This document shows, piece after piece, positions 1-9,890 of a stretch of DNA of 52,054 nucleotides. Numbering within the stretch: position 1 is the first letter of the stretch; every line of letters starts with the position of its first letter. The stretch is from Nitrospira japonica (lineage in GTDB: Bacteria > Nitrospirota > Thermodesulfovibrionia > Thermodesulfovibrionales > SM23-35). The DNA lies in the NCBI GenBank assembly GCA_020725385.1, contig DYFC01000008.1, positions 1 to 52,054 of the forward strand, written 5' to 3'. Under the pieces are notes generated by a model. It was not told the origin of the DNA. It saw only the letters and a list, made by a program, of their open reading frames with translations, and did no database searches. A program made the position numbers and the translations under genes.

Positions 1-68
<68 letters not shown>

Positions 69-101
69 AACTCAAAACTATTAACGTGGCCCTGCTTTTT
101 A

Positions 102-114
102 GTTTTCAAAGAAC
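102..114 (-). promoter_or_regulatory. boxA-like rrn leader antitermination element
   Basis: The minus strand reads GTTCTTTGAAAAC about 35 nt upstream of the 16S 5' end, the usual form and position of rrn leader boxA. Confidence 0.6.
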
Positions 115-267
115 AACTTAAGTAATTGATAATATAGTTTCGATTACTTAAGAAAAATTTAGGCTATACCAAAACATATAGCATAGCCTGCTAATTTTCA
201 AATAACCTAAAGTAAGATTAAGACAATAATTCTATAAATTAAATCCTTTTTCTTACCCCTTAATTAT

Positions 268-295
268 AGAATAGCATTTTTTTTTAGTTAGTCAA
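268..295 (-). promoter_or_regulatory. Probable sigma70 rrn promoter
   Basis: Minus strand TTGACT (295-290), 16-nt spacer, TATTCT (273-268) preceded by TGn. An overlapping TATAAT lies at 268-263 and an AT-rich tract lies upstream. Confidence 0.55.
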
Positions 296-455
296 TACTA
301 AAAATACAAAGAAATTAGAAATTTAAACAAAATAATATCTATTTTTTGATAATAAGATTAAAAATCTCTATTTTTTATTGTTTTTTACAAAACAAAACCC
401 TTTTGGTAAAATTTTTTACCAATATACTATCACGCTTTAATTTCTAACATTATAA

Positions 456-1073
456 TCAAAAACTAAAGAAATTATCAACTTTTTCTTTACCAATAGTAGT
501 TTCTGGTCCATGCCCGGGCATAACTATTGTTTCTTCTGGAAGTTTCATAAGCTCTTTGAAAGATTTTTTAAGTTTTTCAATATCTCCACCCGGCAGATCC
601 GTTCTTCCTACAGAACCGTAAAATAATGTATCCCCGGAAAATAATACCCCTTCACCTAAAAGACATATTCCACCCGGGCTATGTCCCGGGGTATGTATTG
701 CTTTAAATTCAATTTCCCCAATTGTAAAAATATCACCATTTGAAACAAATTTATCCGGCACAGGTAACGGGTCCAGTTCAAATCCCCACATAACTCCTTG
801 TTTTTGGATGTTATTATATAAATTAAGGTCATCTTTATGGATAACAATACTTGCTCCTGTTGCTTTTTTAATATCAGATATTACTGCTATATGATCAAAA
901 TGGCAATGAGTACAAACAATATATTTCAGAATTAAATTATTTCCCTTGATATAATCAATAAGCAAATCCGGTTCATCACCCGGGTCTATTATTAATGCTT
1001 CTTTTGATTTTTCATCTGAAACAATATAACAATTAGTTTCAAGCGGACCAACAGCAAATTTCTCGATTAACAT
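456..1073 (-). CDS. MBL-fold metallo-hydrolase (glyoxalase II/YcbL-like)
   Basis: THCHFDH (HxHxDH), TPGHSPG, FSGDTLF, GRTDLPGG and PGHG motifs; 205 aa. Confidence 0.9.
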   Translation of the reverse strand: MLIEKFAVGPLETNCYIVSDEKSKEALIIDPGDEPDLLIDYIKGNNLILKYIVCTHCHFDHIAVISDIKKATGASIVIHKDDLNLYNNIQKQGVMWGFELDPLPVPDKFVSNGDIFTIGEIEFKAIHTPGHSPGGICLLGEGVLFSGDTLFYGSVGRTDLPGGDIEKLKKSFKELMKLPEETIVMPGHGPETTIGKEKVDNFFSF

Positions 1074-1087
1074 TTTTCCCCCTTGAA

Positions 1088-2662
1088 TTATTTTTTTACC
1101 CGCTTTCTAATCATACCATATAGATAATAAAATTCATCGCTTTTAAATAACCTCGTTATTATTAAATAGATTGTAAAGCAAATAAAAACTGTACCAAATA
1201 ATAATAAAGTCTTTATAAAAGTATTTCCTGATGTCTTCCATAAAGTTCCATGAAGCAACATCCATCCTGTTAGCCCCATTAATATAGAAGCAAAAAGAGA
1301 TTTCATGAATGATAAAGATATCTTCTGCCAATCGATTCTGCCAAGTTTTTTGTTTAAAAAATAAGATAGAACAGATATATTAACCCATGATGCTAAAGAA
1401 TTTGCTAAGGCAAGCCCCATATAACTTAGGAAATTCATTAATACAATGCTTAATAAAATATTTACTGATACTGCAAGAATAGCGACTTTAACAGGCGTTC
1501 TGGTATCCTGCATTGAATAGAAGCAGGATGTAATTACTCTCACGCCGACTATCGACCATATGCCAAGTGAATAGAACATAAGGGCATAAGAAGTACCCAA
1601 AGTTGCAGCATAATCAAATTGTCCTCTTTGAAACAATAAATTCACGATTGGTTCATTAAGAGCAATAAGTCCTGTCATCGCAGGGATTGTAATAAAAAAA
1701 AGCAATCTTAATGCAAAAGAAAAATCCTCTCCAAGTTTTTTGTAATCTCCTCTTACAGAATGTTCGGATAGAGTGGGTAAGACAGCCATCCCCATTGCAA
1801 CACCAAAAATCCCTATCGGGAATTGAATTAATCTCATTGAATAGTAAAGATATGTAATACTTCCTTCTGAAAGATAAGAAGCAAGAATAGTACTTATAAA
1901 AATATTAATCTGAGCCACAGCCATTCCTGCTGTTGCAGGTAATATTAACAAAGCCATTTTCTTTAATCCCGGATTCCTAAAATCAAAATTAAATTTGAGT
2001 GAATATCCATTCTTAAAAAAAGAGGGCAACTGAAATACAAATTGAACAAAACCACCGAGAGCAACTCCTATGGCAACAGCAACAATTGGCTGGGACATTC
2101 TCTGTACAAGAGTTAATACTGTTATGATTACTGTTATATTCAGCATTGCAGGAGCTAAGGACGGGATGAAAAAAATATGTTTCGTATTCAAAGCACCCAT
2201 TATTAAAGAAGCAAGGCTTATAAATAATAAAAATGGCAACATAATTCTTGTAAGAATTACTGTTAAAGAAAATTTGCTGGCAATAGGGATAAAACCTGGA
2301 GCTATAATTGAAACGATCGATGGCGAGAAAATAACGCCAATAAAACATATAAGACCGACAAATACCAAAATGAAAGTAAAAGTTGTTCTGACAAGGCGTT
2401 TTGCTTCTTCCTCGCCATGCTTTGTATGATATTCTGTTAGTACAGGGATAAAAGCTGAAGACATGGAACCTTCAGCAAATAATTCTCTTAATAAGTTTGG
2501 TATTCTAAAAGCTACAAAAAACGCATCAGCAGTTCCTGTTGCACCGAATATTCCTGCAAGAATCATGTCCTTAACATAGCCAAGAATCCTGCTTATAAAA
2601 GTGGCGATGGACATAAGTCCTGCAGCTTTTATTATGTGGCCTTTTCTTTCAGTTGAAGTCAT
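1088..2662 (-). CDS. murJ: Lipid II flippase MurJ (MviN)
   Basis: SRILGYVKD, ADAFFVAFRIPNLLRELFAEG, RLIQFPIG and DTRTPVK motifs; many TM segments; 524 aa. Confidence 0.95.
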   Translation of the reverse strand: MTSTERKGHIIKAAGLMSIATFISRILGYVKDMILAGIFGATGTADAFFVAFRIPNLLRELFAEGSMSSAFIPVLTEYHTKHGEEEAKRLVRTTFTFILVFVGLICFIGVIFSPSIVSIIAPGFIPIASKFSLTVILTRIMLPFLLFISLASLIMGALNTKHIFFIPSLAPAMLNITVIITVLTLVQRMSQPIVAVAIGVALGGFVQFVFQLPSFFKNGYSLKFNFDFRNPGLKKMALLILPATAGMAVAQINIFISTILASYLSEGSITYLYYSMRLIQFPIGIFGVAMGMAVLPTLSEHSVRGDYKKLGEDFSFALRLLFFITIPAMTGLIALNEPIVNLLFQRGQFDYAATLGTSYALMFYSLGIWSIVGVRVITSCFYSMQDTRTPVKVAILAVSVNILLSIVLMNFLSYMGLALANSLASWVNISVLSYFLNKKLGRIDWQKISLSFMKSLFASILMGLTGWMLLHGTLWKTSGNTFIKTLLLFGTVFICFTIYLIITRLFKSDEFYYLYGMIRKRVKK

Positions 2663-2676
2663 TAGATATGAATATT

Positions 2677-3663
2677 CTAAACAATATTTTTGATCTTTCT
2701 GATGCTTTCGGTTTCTCCTATCAGTATTACAGCATCTCCAGAGTTAATTAGTTCTTCATTAGAAGGATTAAATAAATATTTATCACCTTTTCTTAATGCT
2801 ACCACAGCAACTCCTCTCTGGGTAAGGAGTCCGGAATCCTTTAAACTTTTTCCACAATAAATAGAATCATCTGAAATAATAATATCTTCAACCCTGTAAA
2901 CCTGGTCATATTCTTTCAGCATTTTATCAAGAAAATTTACAGCAGCAGGTCTTACCATCTCGGAAGCCATCCTTAACCCTCCAATAAATAATGGCCTTAC
3001 AACTCCATCAGCACCTGCTTTTCTCATTTTGTGCTCTGATTCTCTTTCATTTGCTTTTGAAATTATTCTCATTTTAGGATTTATTTCTCTTGCAGATAAT
3101 ATAAGGAGAAGATTATCTGCGTCATTTGGAAGTGCACAAAATAATCCTTTTGCATGTTCTACATTTGCTGCTTTTAGAACCTCATAACTCGTTGCATCAC
3201 CTTTTATATGTAATATTTCTTTTTCTAATAATTCTCTACAGGCTTCCTCGTCCTTTTCGATAGCGACATGGGGTCTTTTTGTATTTCGCATTTCATAAAT
3301 TATATGTTTACCGATTCTTCCTGTACCACATATTATATAATGGTCTTTTAATTTCGCTATCTGTTTTTCCATCTTTCGCCTCCTTAATAATTCATTAAGT
3401 TCGCCTTCAACTAAAAAAGCTGTAAAAGTTGAAATGCCGAACATCAGTACACCTGCTCCAAATATGATTAAAAAAATAGTAAAAATCCTGCCATGCGTTG
3501 AGAGCGGATAAACTTCCATATAACCAACTGAAGCAATTGTGATTACTGTCATATAAAGAGAATCGAGGAAACCCCAGTGCTCTATAAGCATATATCCCAA
3601 CACACCGGTACTAAAAACACACATCAACAAAAAAAAAGCTATTAAAAGTCTTCTGGTTCTCAT
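2677..3663 (-). CDS. Potassium channel with RCK (TrkA-N/TrkA-C) domains
   Basis: Two TM helices flank a pore loop with a filter-like ITIASVGY; Rossmann GTGRIG; GDAT motif; C-terminal TrkA-C. Confidence 0.88.
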   Translation of the reverse strand: MRTRRLLIAFFLLMCVFSTGVLGYMLIEHWGFLDSLYMTVITIASVGYMEVYPLSTHGRIFTIFLIIFGAGVLMFGISTFTAFLVEGELNELLRRRKMEKQIAKLKDHYIICGTGRIGKHIIYEMRNTKRPHVAIEKDEEACRELLEKEILHIKGDATSYEVLKAANVEHAKGLFCALPNDADNLLLILSAREINPKMRIISKANERESEHKMRKAGADGVVRPLFIGGLRMASEMVRPAAVNFLDKMLKEYDQVYRVEDIIISDDSIYCGKSLKDSGLLTQRGVAVVALRKGDKYLFNPSNEELINSGDAVILIGETESIRKIKNIV

Positions 3664-3670
3664 TATGAGG

Positions 3671-3679
3671 ATTATAACA
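3671..3679 (-). promoter_or_regulatory. Extended -10 promoter, probably giving a leaderless K+ channel mRNA
   Basis: Minus strand TGTTATAAT, then 7 nt, then ATG (3663); no SD. Confidence 0.55.
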
Positions 3680-3734
3680 GAAAAAATATGGGAATTTATA
3701 AATTATCTAACTTTTTTTTCTCCTAATATTTTCA

Positions 3735-3764
3735 TTGACAACATCCTGTCTATTGAATTAAACT
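3735..3764 (+). promoter_or_regulatory. Sigma70 promoter of the tetR-efflux operon
   Basis: TTGACA (3735-3740), 18-nt spacer, TAAACT (3759-3764). Confidence 0.6.
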
Positions 3765-3794
3765 GAACATAGGTTCATATGAACAAGCGTTCAG
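3763..3794. promoter_or_regulatory. Tandem palindromic operator (2 x TGAAC-N4-GTTCA), probable TetR site
   Basis: TGAACatagGTTCA (3764-3777) and TGAACaagcGTTCA (3780-3793) overlap the -10 end, the likely TSS and the tetR start codon. Confidence 0.7.
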
Positions 3795-4363
3795 GTATAG
3801 AAACAAAAAAACGTATCCTTGAGGCATCAATGGATGTATTCTCACGTAAAGGGTATGCCGCAGCCAATATTAGAGAAATCGCGAAAACCGCTCAAATAAG
3901 CATCGGGACTATTTATATATATTTTAAAAACAAGGAAGAACTTTACCAAAATCTTATAGAAAATAAAAAAAAGGAACTTACGGACAGAATCGTTGCAATG
4001 TCTCCTGGAAAAAAATCCGCCTCTGAAGCCTTAAAGGAATTTATCAGAGTTCATCTCGAATATGCTGTTAGACACAGGGAATTTATTCTTTTACATATCA
4101 GGGAACATGGGTTTTCTTTCGGGATTGAAAAAAAGAGGGCTTTTTTTAATCAGCAAATCGAGATTATAGAAAGAATAATTAAAAATGGGATTAAATCCGG
4201 TGAGTTCAGGAAGTCTAATTCAGTAGATGTTGCAAGAATTATTATGGCAACGCTAAGAGGAATAATTCTGACAATAGCTCTGGATAATGTAAACATAAAG
4301 CCAGAAGCATTGAGTGATTTTATCTTATGTGCACTTCTGAAGAAAGAATATGGTAAGAAATAA
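3779..4363 (+). CDS. TetR/AcrR family transcriptional regulator
   Basis: N-terminal HTH RILEASMDVFSRKGY..IREIAKTAQISIGTIYIYFKNKEEL; first gene of the efflux operon. Confidence 0.95.
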   Translation: MNKRSGIETKKRILEASMDVFSRKGYAAANIREIAKTAQISIGTIYIYFKNKEELYQNLIENKKKELTDRIVAMSPGKKSASEALKEFIRVHLEYAVRHREFILLHIREHGFSFGIEKKRAFFNQQIEIIERIIKNGIKSGEFRKSNSVDVARIIMATLRGIILTIALDNVNIKPEALSDFILCALLKKEYGKK

Positions 4364-4387
4364 TATCTTTTAACGAGGTTCAATAAA

Positions 4388-5515
4388 ATGCAAAGAGTAT
4401 CGCAGAAGAGTTTATATTTAATTTCAATATCTTTAATTTTATTTATATTTCTGCCTTCTTGTAAAAGCAAACAACCTCCACCCCAAAAACCGCCTGTAGC
4501 AGTTACTGCATTCTACGTAGAGCAAAAACCAATGCCTGTTCAGATAAAGGCAATTGGGAATGTTGAAGCTTATTCTCAAGTTTCGGTTAAATCACAGATT
4601 GGTGGCATTCTGACCAGAGTACATTTTAAAGAAGGTCAGTTTGTAAAGAAAGGTGAATTGCTTTTTACCATTGACCCAGCACCATATGAAGCAGCACTTA
4701 AGCAGGCTAAGGCAAATCTTGCCCGTGATATTGCACAATTGCAAAATGCACGAACTGAAGTGGCACGTTATGGAGAACTTGTAAAAAAAGGATATATAGC
4801 AGCCTCGCAATTTGACCAAATAAAAACAAATGCTGATGCACTTGAAGCAGCAGTTAAAGCTGATGAAGCAATAGTAGAAAATGCAACTCTTCAATTAAAG
4901 TATTGCTATATCCATTCACCAATTTCGGGGAAAGCAGGAAGTTTAATTGTTCATGAAGGAAATCTTATAAAAGCGAATGCAGATACTCCGATGGTAATAA
5001 TAAATCAGATACAACCTGTTTATGTTACTTTCAGCGTTCCCGAACAATTTCTTCCCGAGATAAAAAAATATATGTCTGCGGGGAAAGTTAAGACGCAGGT
5101 ATTTATAAATAAAGATACCGAACATCCTGTTGAAGGCATTTTGACTTTTATTGAAAATGCTGTTGACCCGGATACCGGAACAATAAAACTCAAATCAATT
5201 TTCAATAACAATGATAATCGGCTCTGGCCCGGACAATTTGTTGATATTTTAATTCAGCTAACAATACAAAAAGATGCTTTGGTAATTCCTTCAAAAGCAG
5301 TTATGACAGGACAAAGCGGGCAGTTTGTTTATGTTATAAAAAATGATCTAACAGTTGAAAACAGACCTGTTATTATTTCGAGAACCATCGGAGATGAATC
5401 TGTTATAGAAAAGGGCTTAGAGCCAGGAGAAAAAGTTGTTACAGATGGACAAATGAGACTTGTACCGGGTTCAAAGGTACAGGAAAAAGAATCCACTGAA
5501 AGCATTAAACAATGA
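4388..5515 (+). CDS. RND efflux periplasmic adaptor (MdtA-like lipoprotein)
   Basis: Lipobox-like LPSC; FKEGQFVKKGELLFTIDP; coiled-coil hairpin; LWPGQFV; GEKVVTDG. Confidence 0.92.
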   Translation: MQRVSQKSLYLISISLILFIFLPSCKSKQPPPQKPPVAVTAFYVEQKPMPVQIKAIGNVEAYSQVSVKSQIGGILTRVHFKEGQFVKKGELLFTIDPAPYEAALKQAKANLARDIAQLQNARTEVARYGELVKKGYIAASQFDQIKTNADALEAAVKADEAIVENATLQLKYCYIHSPISGKAGSLIVHEGNLIKANADTPMVIINQIQPVYVTFSVPEQFLPEIKKYMSAGKVKTQVFINKDTEHPVEGILTFIENAVDPDTGTIKLKSIFNNNDNRLWPGQFVDILIQLTIQKDALVIPSKAVMTGQSGQFVYVIKNDLTVENRPVIISRTIGDESVIEKGLEPGEKVVTDGQMRLVPGSKVQEKESTESIKQ

Positions 5516-8500
5516 ATATTTCTGAAATCTTTATTCGCAGACCTGTAATGACAACACTTGTAATGCTGGCATTATTGCTTGCCGGCATAGCTGGCTATAG
5601 ACTTCTTCCTGTTAGTGACCTGCCAAATGTTGATTTTCCTACAATACAGGTGAGTGCAAATCTTCCAGGAGCAAGCCCCGAGACAATGGCTTCTGCTGTG
5701 GCAACCCCTCTTGAAAGAGAGTTTTCGACAATAGCAGGACTTGATTCAATGACATCCACAAACGCTCTCGGTATAACTAACATAACTTTGCAATTTGACC
5801 TTAGCAGAGATATTGACGCTGCTGCCCAGGATGTTCAGGCAATGATTGCTAAGGCACAGAGGCAACTGCCGCGTGATATGCCAAGTCCGCCCTCATATAG
5901 AAAAGTTAATCCTGCTGACCAGCCTGTTCTATATCTTGCACTCAGTTCTCCAACTCTGCCTTTATCAACAGTCAATGAATATGCTGATACATTTATTGCA
6001 CAACGTATTTCAATGATAAATGGAGTAGCACAGGTGCAAATATTTGGTTCACAGAAATATGCTGTTAGAGCTCAACTTGATCCAAAAGCTCTTGCATCAC
6101 GGAAAATAGGTATTGATGAAGTAGCAGATGCAATTGATAAAGGAAATGTTAATCTTCCAACAGGAACATTGTACGGTCCGGATAAGGCATTTGTAATTCA
6201 AGCTTCCGGTCAATTATACAACGCCGCAGATTTTAGGCCATTAATAGTAGCATATCGTAATGGTTCACCTGTACGGCTTGAAGAGATAGGGAATGTTATT
6301 GATAGTGTTGAAAATGACAAAATAGCAAGCTGGTATAATGATACAAGAGCAATTGTACTTGCTATACAAAGGCAGCCAGGAACAAATACTGTTGAAGTAG
6401 TAGATTCAATTAAAAAACTTTTGCCTGTTTTCCGTAGCCAGATGCCTGAATCTGTTAATCTCAATATACTTTATGATCGTTCAGTATCTATAAGAAATTC
6501 AGTTAATGACGTTAAATTTACTCTTATTCTTTCTATATCTCTTGTTGTAATGGTTATATTTCTTTTCCTCAGAAATCTTTCTGCTACTATAATTCCGAGT
6601 CTTGCACTTCCTTTGTCTATAGTTTTTACTTTTGCTGTAATGTATGTGCTTGGATTCAGTCTTGATAATCTTTCTTTAATGGCTTTGGTTCTTGCAGTAG
6701 GTTTTATTGTTGATGATGCAATTGTAATGCTTGAAAATATTGTAAGACATATCGAAAAAGGAGAAGGCGTTTTTGAAGCTGCGCTTAAAGGTTCAAAAGA
6801 AATATGGTTTACGATTCTTTCAATGACAATCTCGCTTGTAGCGGTTTTTATCCCTGTTTTTTTTATGAGCGGTTTGCTCGGAAGGCTTCTTCATGAATTT
6901 GCAGTTACAATCGGTGTTTCTATTCTTGTCTCGGGTTTTGTTTCATTGAGTTTAACTCCAATGCTTTGCAGCAGATTCTTAAGACCTGCTTCTTCTGAAA
7001 AACATGGGAAATTGTATATTGTTTTAGAACACTTCTTTAACTCAATGCTATCAGCATATCAGAGAAGCTTGAAATTTGTTCTCAGGCACAAATTAGCTAC
7101 GATGATTATTACTTTGATAACTTTAATTATTACAATATATATGTTTGCAGTTATTCCAAAAGGTTTTCTTCCGAGTGAGGATACAGGGCAGATTTTTGCT
7201 TTTACTGAGGCACAACAGGGAATATCATTTGACTCAATGGTAAAGCATCAAAAAGAGCTTGCATCAGTCGTTAAACAAGACCCAAATGTTGATTCATTTA
7301 TGTCATCTGTTGGTGCAGGAGGACCAAGTGTTGCAAGTAATTCAGGTAGAATTTTTATAAGACTCAAACCCCGTTCGGAGCGAGAATTGAGTGCTGATGA
7401 AATAATTCAGGAATTAAGGAAAAAAGTATCAAAGGTGATAGGAATAAATATGTATATGCAGAATTTGCCACCAATTCGTATAGGAGGGCAGCTAACTAAA
7501 AGTCAGTACCAATTCACTTTACAAAGTCCTGATACCGAAGAGTTATATAAATATGCAGCAATATTTGAAGCAAAATTGAGAGAACTTCCCCAGTTCCAGG
7601 ATGTTACAACTGATTTGCAAATAAGCAATCCACAGGTAAATGTTGAAATTGACCGTGACAGGGCATCTGCATTGGGTATTACAGCAGGACAAATAGAACT
7701 CGCTTTGAGCGCAGCATATGCTTCAAGGCAGGCATCAACAATATATGCTCCCAATAATCAATACAGGGTTATTACTGAAGTTGAACCCCAATATCAGACA
7801 GATCCGGCATCATTATCTTTACTTTATGTAAGATCTTCTACCGGAAATCTTGTCCCATTAAATACAGTTGTAAGACCTGTAGAAAGCACAGGTCCTCTGA
7901 CTGTTAATCACCTCGGACAATTACCGGCTGTAACAATCTCGTACAATTTGAAACCAGGTGTTTCACTCGGAGAATCAACAGAAATAATTGAAAAATTAGC
8001 CCCTACTATTTTACCAACATCTATAACAACGAGCTTTCAGGGCACTGCACAAGCTTTTCAGGCTTCTACTGAAGGTTTATGGATCTTGCTTATAACATCT
8101 ATACTTGTTATTTATATCATTCTTGGTATTCTTTATGAAAGCTTCATACACCCATTGACTATACTTTCAGGATTGCCTTCGGCAGGATTTGGAGCTTTGC
8201 TTTTATTATTTCTTTTAAAAATGGAACTGAATGTATATGCATTTGTTGGAGTTATTATGCTTGTTGGTATAGTAAAGAAAAACGGTATCATGATGATAGA
8301 TTTTGCTTTATCAGCTCAGAGGAATCAAGGGATGAAACCGCTTGATGCAATTTACAATGGTTGCATTATAAGATTCAGGCCAATAATGATGACAACGATG
8401 TCAGCATTATTGGGTACTCTTCCAATCGCACTTGGTTTTGGTGCTGGTGCAGAAGCAAGAAGACCGCTTGGTATTGCAGTTGTTGGCGGATTGCTCGTAT

Positions 8501-8604
8501 CACAGGTTTTAACACTTTATGTTACTCCTGTTTTTTATATTTATATGGACAAACTGCAGGAGAAAATAAAAGCTCTTACAGGTGGAAACAAAACATCGAG
8601 CTAA
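5512..8604 (+). CDS. RND efflux permease (MdtB/MdtC-like, HAE1)
   Basis: FIRRPVMTT, LPNVDFPTI, TM4 IVDDAIVMLEN, TM10 GIVKKNG, RFRPIMMTT; 1030 aa; ATGA overlap with the adaptor gene. Confidence 0.95.
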   Translation: MNISEIFIRRPVMTTLVMLALLLAGIAGYRLLPVSDLPNVDFPTIQVSANLPGASPETMASAVATPLEREFSTIAGLDSMTSTNALGITNITLQFDLSRDIDAAAQDVQAMIAKAQRQLPRDMPSPPSYRKVNPADQPVLYLALSSPTLPLSTVNEYADTFIAQRISMINGVAQVQIFGSQKYAVRAQLDPKALASRKIGIDEVADAIDKGNVNLPTGTLYGPDKAFVIQASGQLYNAADFRPLIVAYRNGSPVRLEEIGNVIDSVENDKIASWYNDTRAIVLAIQRQPGTNTVEVVDSIKKLLPVFRSQMPESVNLNILYDRSVSIRNSVNDVKFTLILSISLVVMVIFLFLRNLSATIIPSLALPLSIVFTFAVMYVLGFSLDNLSLMALVLAVGFIVDDAIVMLENIVRHIEKGEGVFEAALKGSKEIWFTILSMTISLVAVFIPVFFMSGLLGRLLHEFAVTIGVSILVSGFVSLSLTPMLCSRFLRPASSEKHGKLYIVLEHFFNSMLSAYQRSLKFVLRHKLATMIITLITLIITIYMFAVIPKGFLPSEDTGQIFAFTEAQQGISFDSMVKHQKELASVVKQDPNVDSFMSSVGAGGPSVASNSGRIFIRLKPRSERELSADEIIQELRKKVSKVIGINMYMQNLPPIRIGGQLTKSQYQFTLQSPDTEELYKYAAIFEAKLRELPQFQDVTTDLQISNPQVNVEIDRDRASALGITAGQIELALSAAYASRQASTIYAPNNQYRVITEVEPQYQTDPASLSLLYVRSSTGNLVPLNTVVRPVESTGPLTVNHLGQLPAVTISYNLKPGVSLGESTEIIEKLAPTILPTSITTSFQGTAQAFQASTEGLWILLITSILVIYIILGILYESFIHPLTILSGLPSAGFGALLLLFLLKMELNVYAFVGVIMLVGIVKKNGIMMIDFALSAQRNQGMKPLDAIYNGCIIRFRPIMMTTMSALLGTLPIALGFGAGAEARRPLGIAVVGGLLVSQVLTLYVTPVFYIYMDKLQEKIKALTGGNKTSS

Positions 8605-8618
8605 TGAAGGAGGGTTAA

Positions 8619-9890
8619 ATGATATACAAACATATAACTTTTACACTTTTATTTTTGTTCATTCTACCTTTTAATTTAAAAGCAGAGGAAGTTATAAAAA
8701 AAGGTGAAGTTTTAAATCTTCAAAGATGTGTCGAGATAGCCTTAAAGAAACATCCTGATATTATTGCTGCAACTAATAATGTTAATGCGTATATGAATAA
8801 AGTAGGTCAATCCCGTGCTGATTATTATCCACAAATAAATTTATACTCCGGTTACAGTAGAATTTCTCCTGCAACCGGCATAAATGGTTCATATGATAAT
8901 TATTCAACCGGAATTAATATCAATCAAATCATATATGATTTTGGTAAAACTTCTGCACAGGTAAATATACAAAATCTTAATCTCAATGCAGTTAGAACAG
9001 ATCTTGAGAGCATATCTGATAGAATAATATTTAATGTTAAGCAGAAATATTTTGCTTTGCTTCAGTCAAAGAGAAATAAAGAAGTTGCAGAGGAAACTGT
9101 TAAACAATATCAGCAACATCTTGAACAGGCTAAGGGATTCTTTGAGGTTGGAGTAAAACCAAAGTTTGATGTTACAAAAGCAGAAGTTGATCTCGGAACC
9201 GCGAGATTGAACTTAATAATTGCTGAAAATGCCTTAAAAACTGCAAAAGCAAATCTTGATAATGCAATGGGTATTTATGATGCATCTGAATATATTGTTG
9301 AGGATAATTTGAAGTTGGAAAAATATACAATTACTTTCGATGATGCTATTTCGAACGCATATAGGAATAGACCTGAACTCAAATCTATTATTTCAAGAAA
9401 AGAGGCTGCTGCCGGAACTGTAGAACTCGCAAAAAAAGGATTCTATCCTGTCTTAACAGGAAGTGCCTCATATAACTGGTCAGGCGATAATTTTCCTCTT
9501 GATGATGGCTGGAATGCTGGAATAACTCTTTCTTTCCCTCTATTCAGCGGTTTTCTTACAAAATATCAGGTCGAAGAAGCAAAGGCTAATTTAAATGTGC
9601 AGAAAGCAAATGAAGAATCTTTAAGGCAATCAATTTTTCTTGAAGTGCAGCAGGCATATCTAAATTTCAAAGAAGCAGAAGAAAGAATACCTGTCGCAGA
9701 ACTTAATGTTAAACAGGCTCAGGAAAATTTTGAGATAGCAGATGGAAGATATGCCGCAGGTGTTGGAAGCCCTATTGAAGTGACTGATGCGAGTGTTGCT
9801 TTAACTAATGCAAAAACAGCCTTTATTCAAGCATTATATGATTATAAGATTGCGATAGCAAGTCTTGAAAAGGCTATGGGGGTAAGATGA
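8619..9890 (+). CDS. TolC-family outer membrane efflux channel
   Basis: Signal peptide; two outer membrane efflux repeats (ADYYPQI / KGFYPVL; RYAAGVGSPIEVTDA); SD AAGGAGG. Confidence 0.92.
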   Translation: MIYKHITFTLLFLFILPFNLKAEEVIKKGEVLNLQRCVEIALKKHPDIIAATNNVNAYMNKVGQSRADYYPQINLYSGYSRISPATGINGSYDNYSTGININQIIYDFGKTSAQVNIQNLNLNAVRTDLESISDRIIFNVKQKYFALLQSKRNKEVAEETVKQYQQHLEQAKGFFEVGVKPKFDVTKAEVDLGTARLNLIIAENALKTAKANLDNAMGIYDASEYIVEDNLKLEKYTITFDDAISNAYRNRPELKSIISRKEAAAGTVELAKKGFYPVLTGSASYNWSGDNFPLDDGWNAGITLSFPLFSGFLTKYQVEEAKANLNVQKANEESLRQSIFLEVQQAYLNFKEAEERIPVAELNVKQAQENFEIADGRYAAGVGSPIEVTDASVALTNAKTAFIQALYDYKIAIASLEKAMGVR

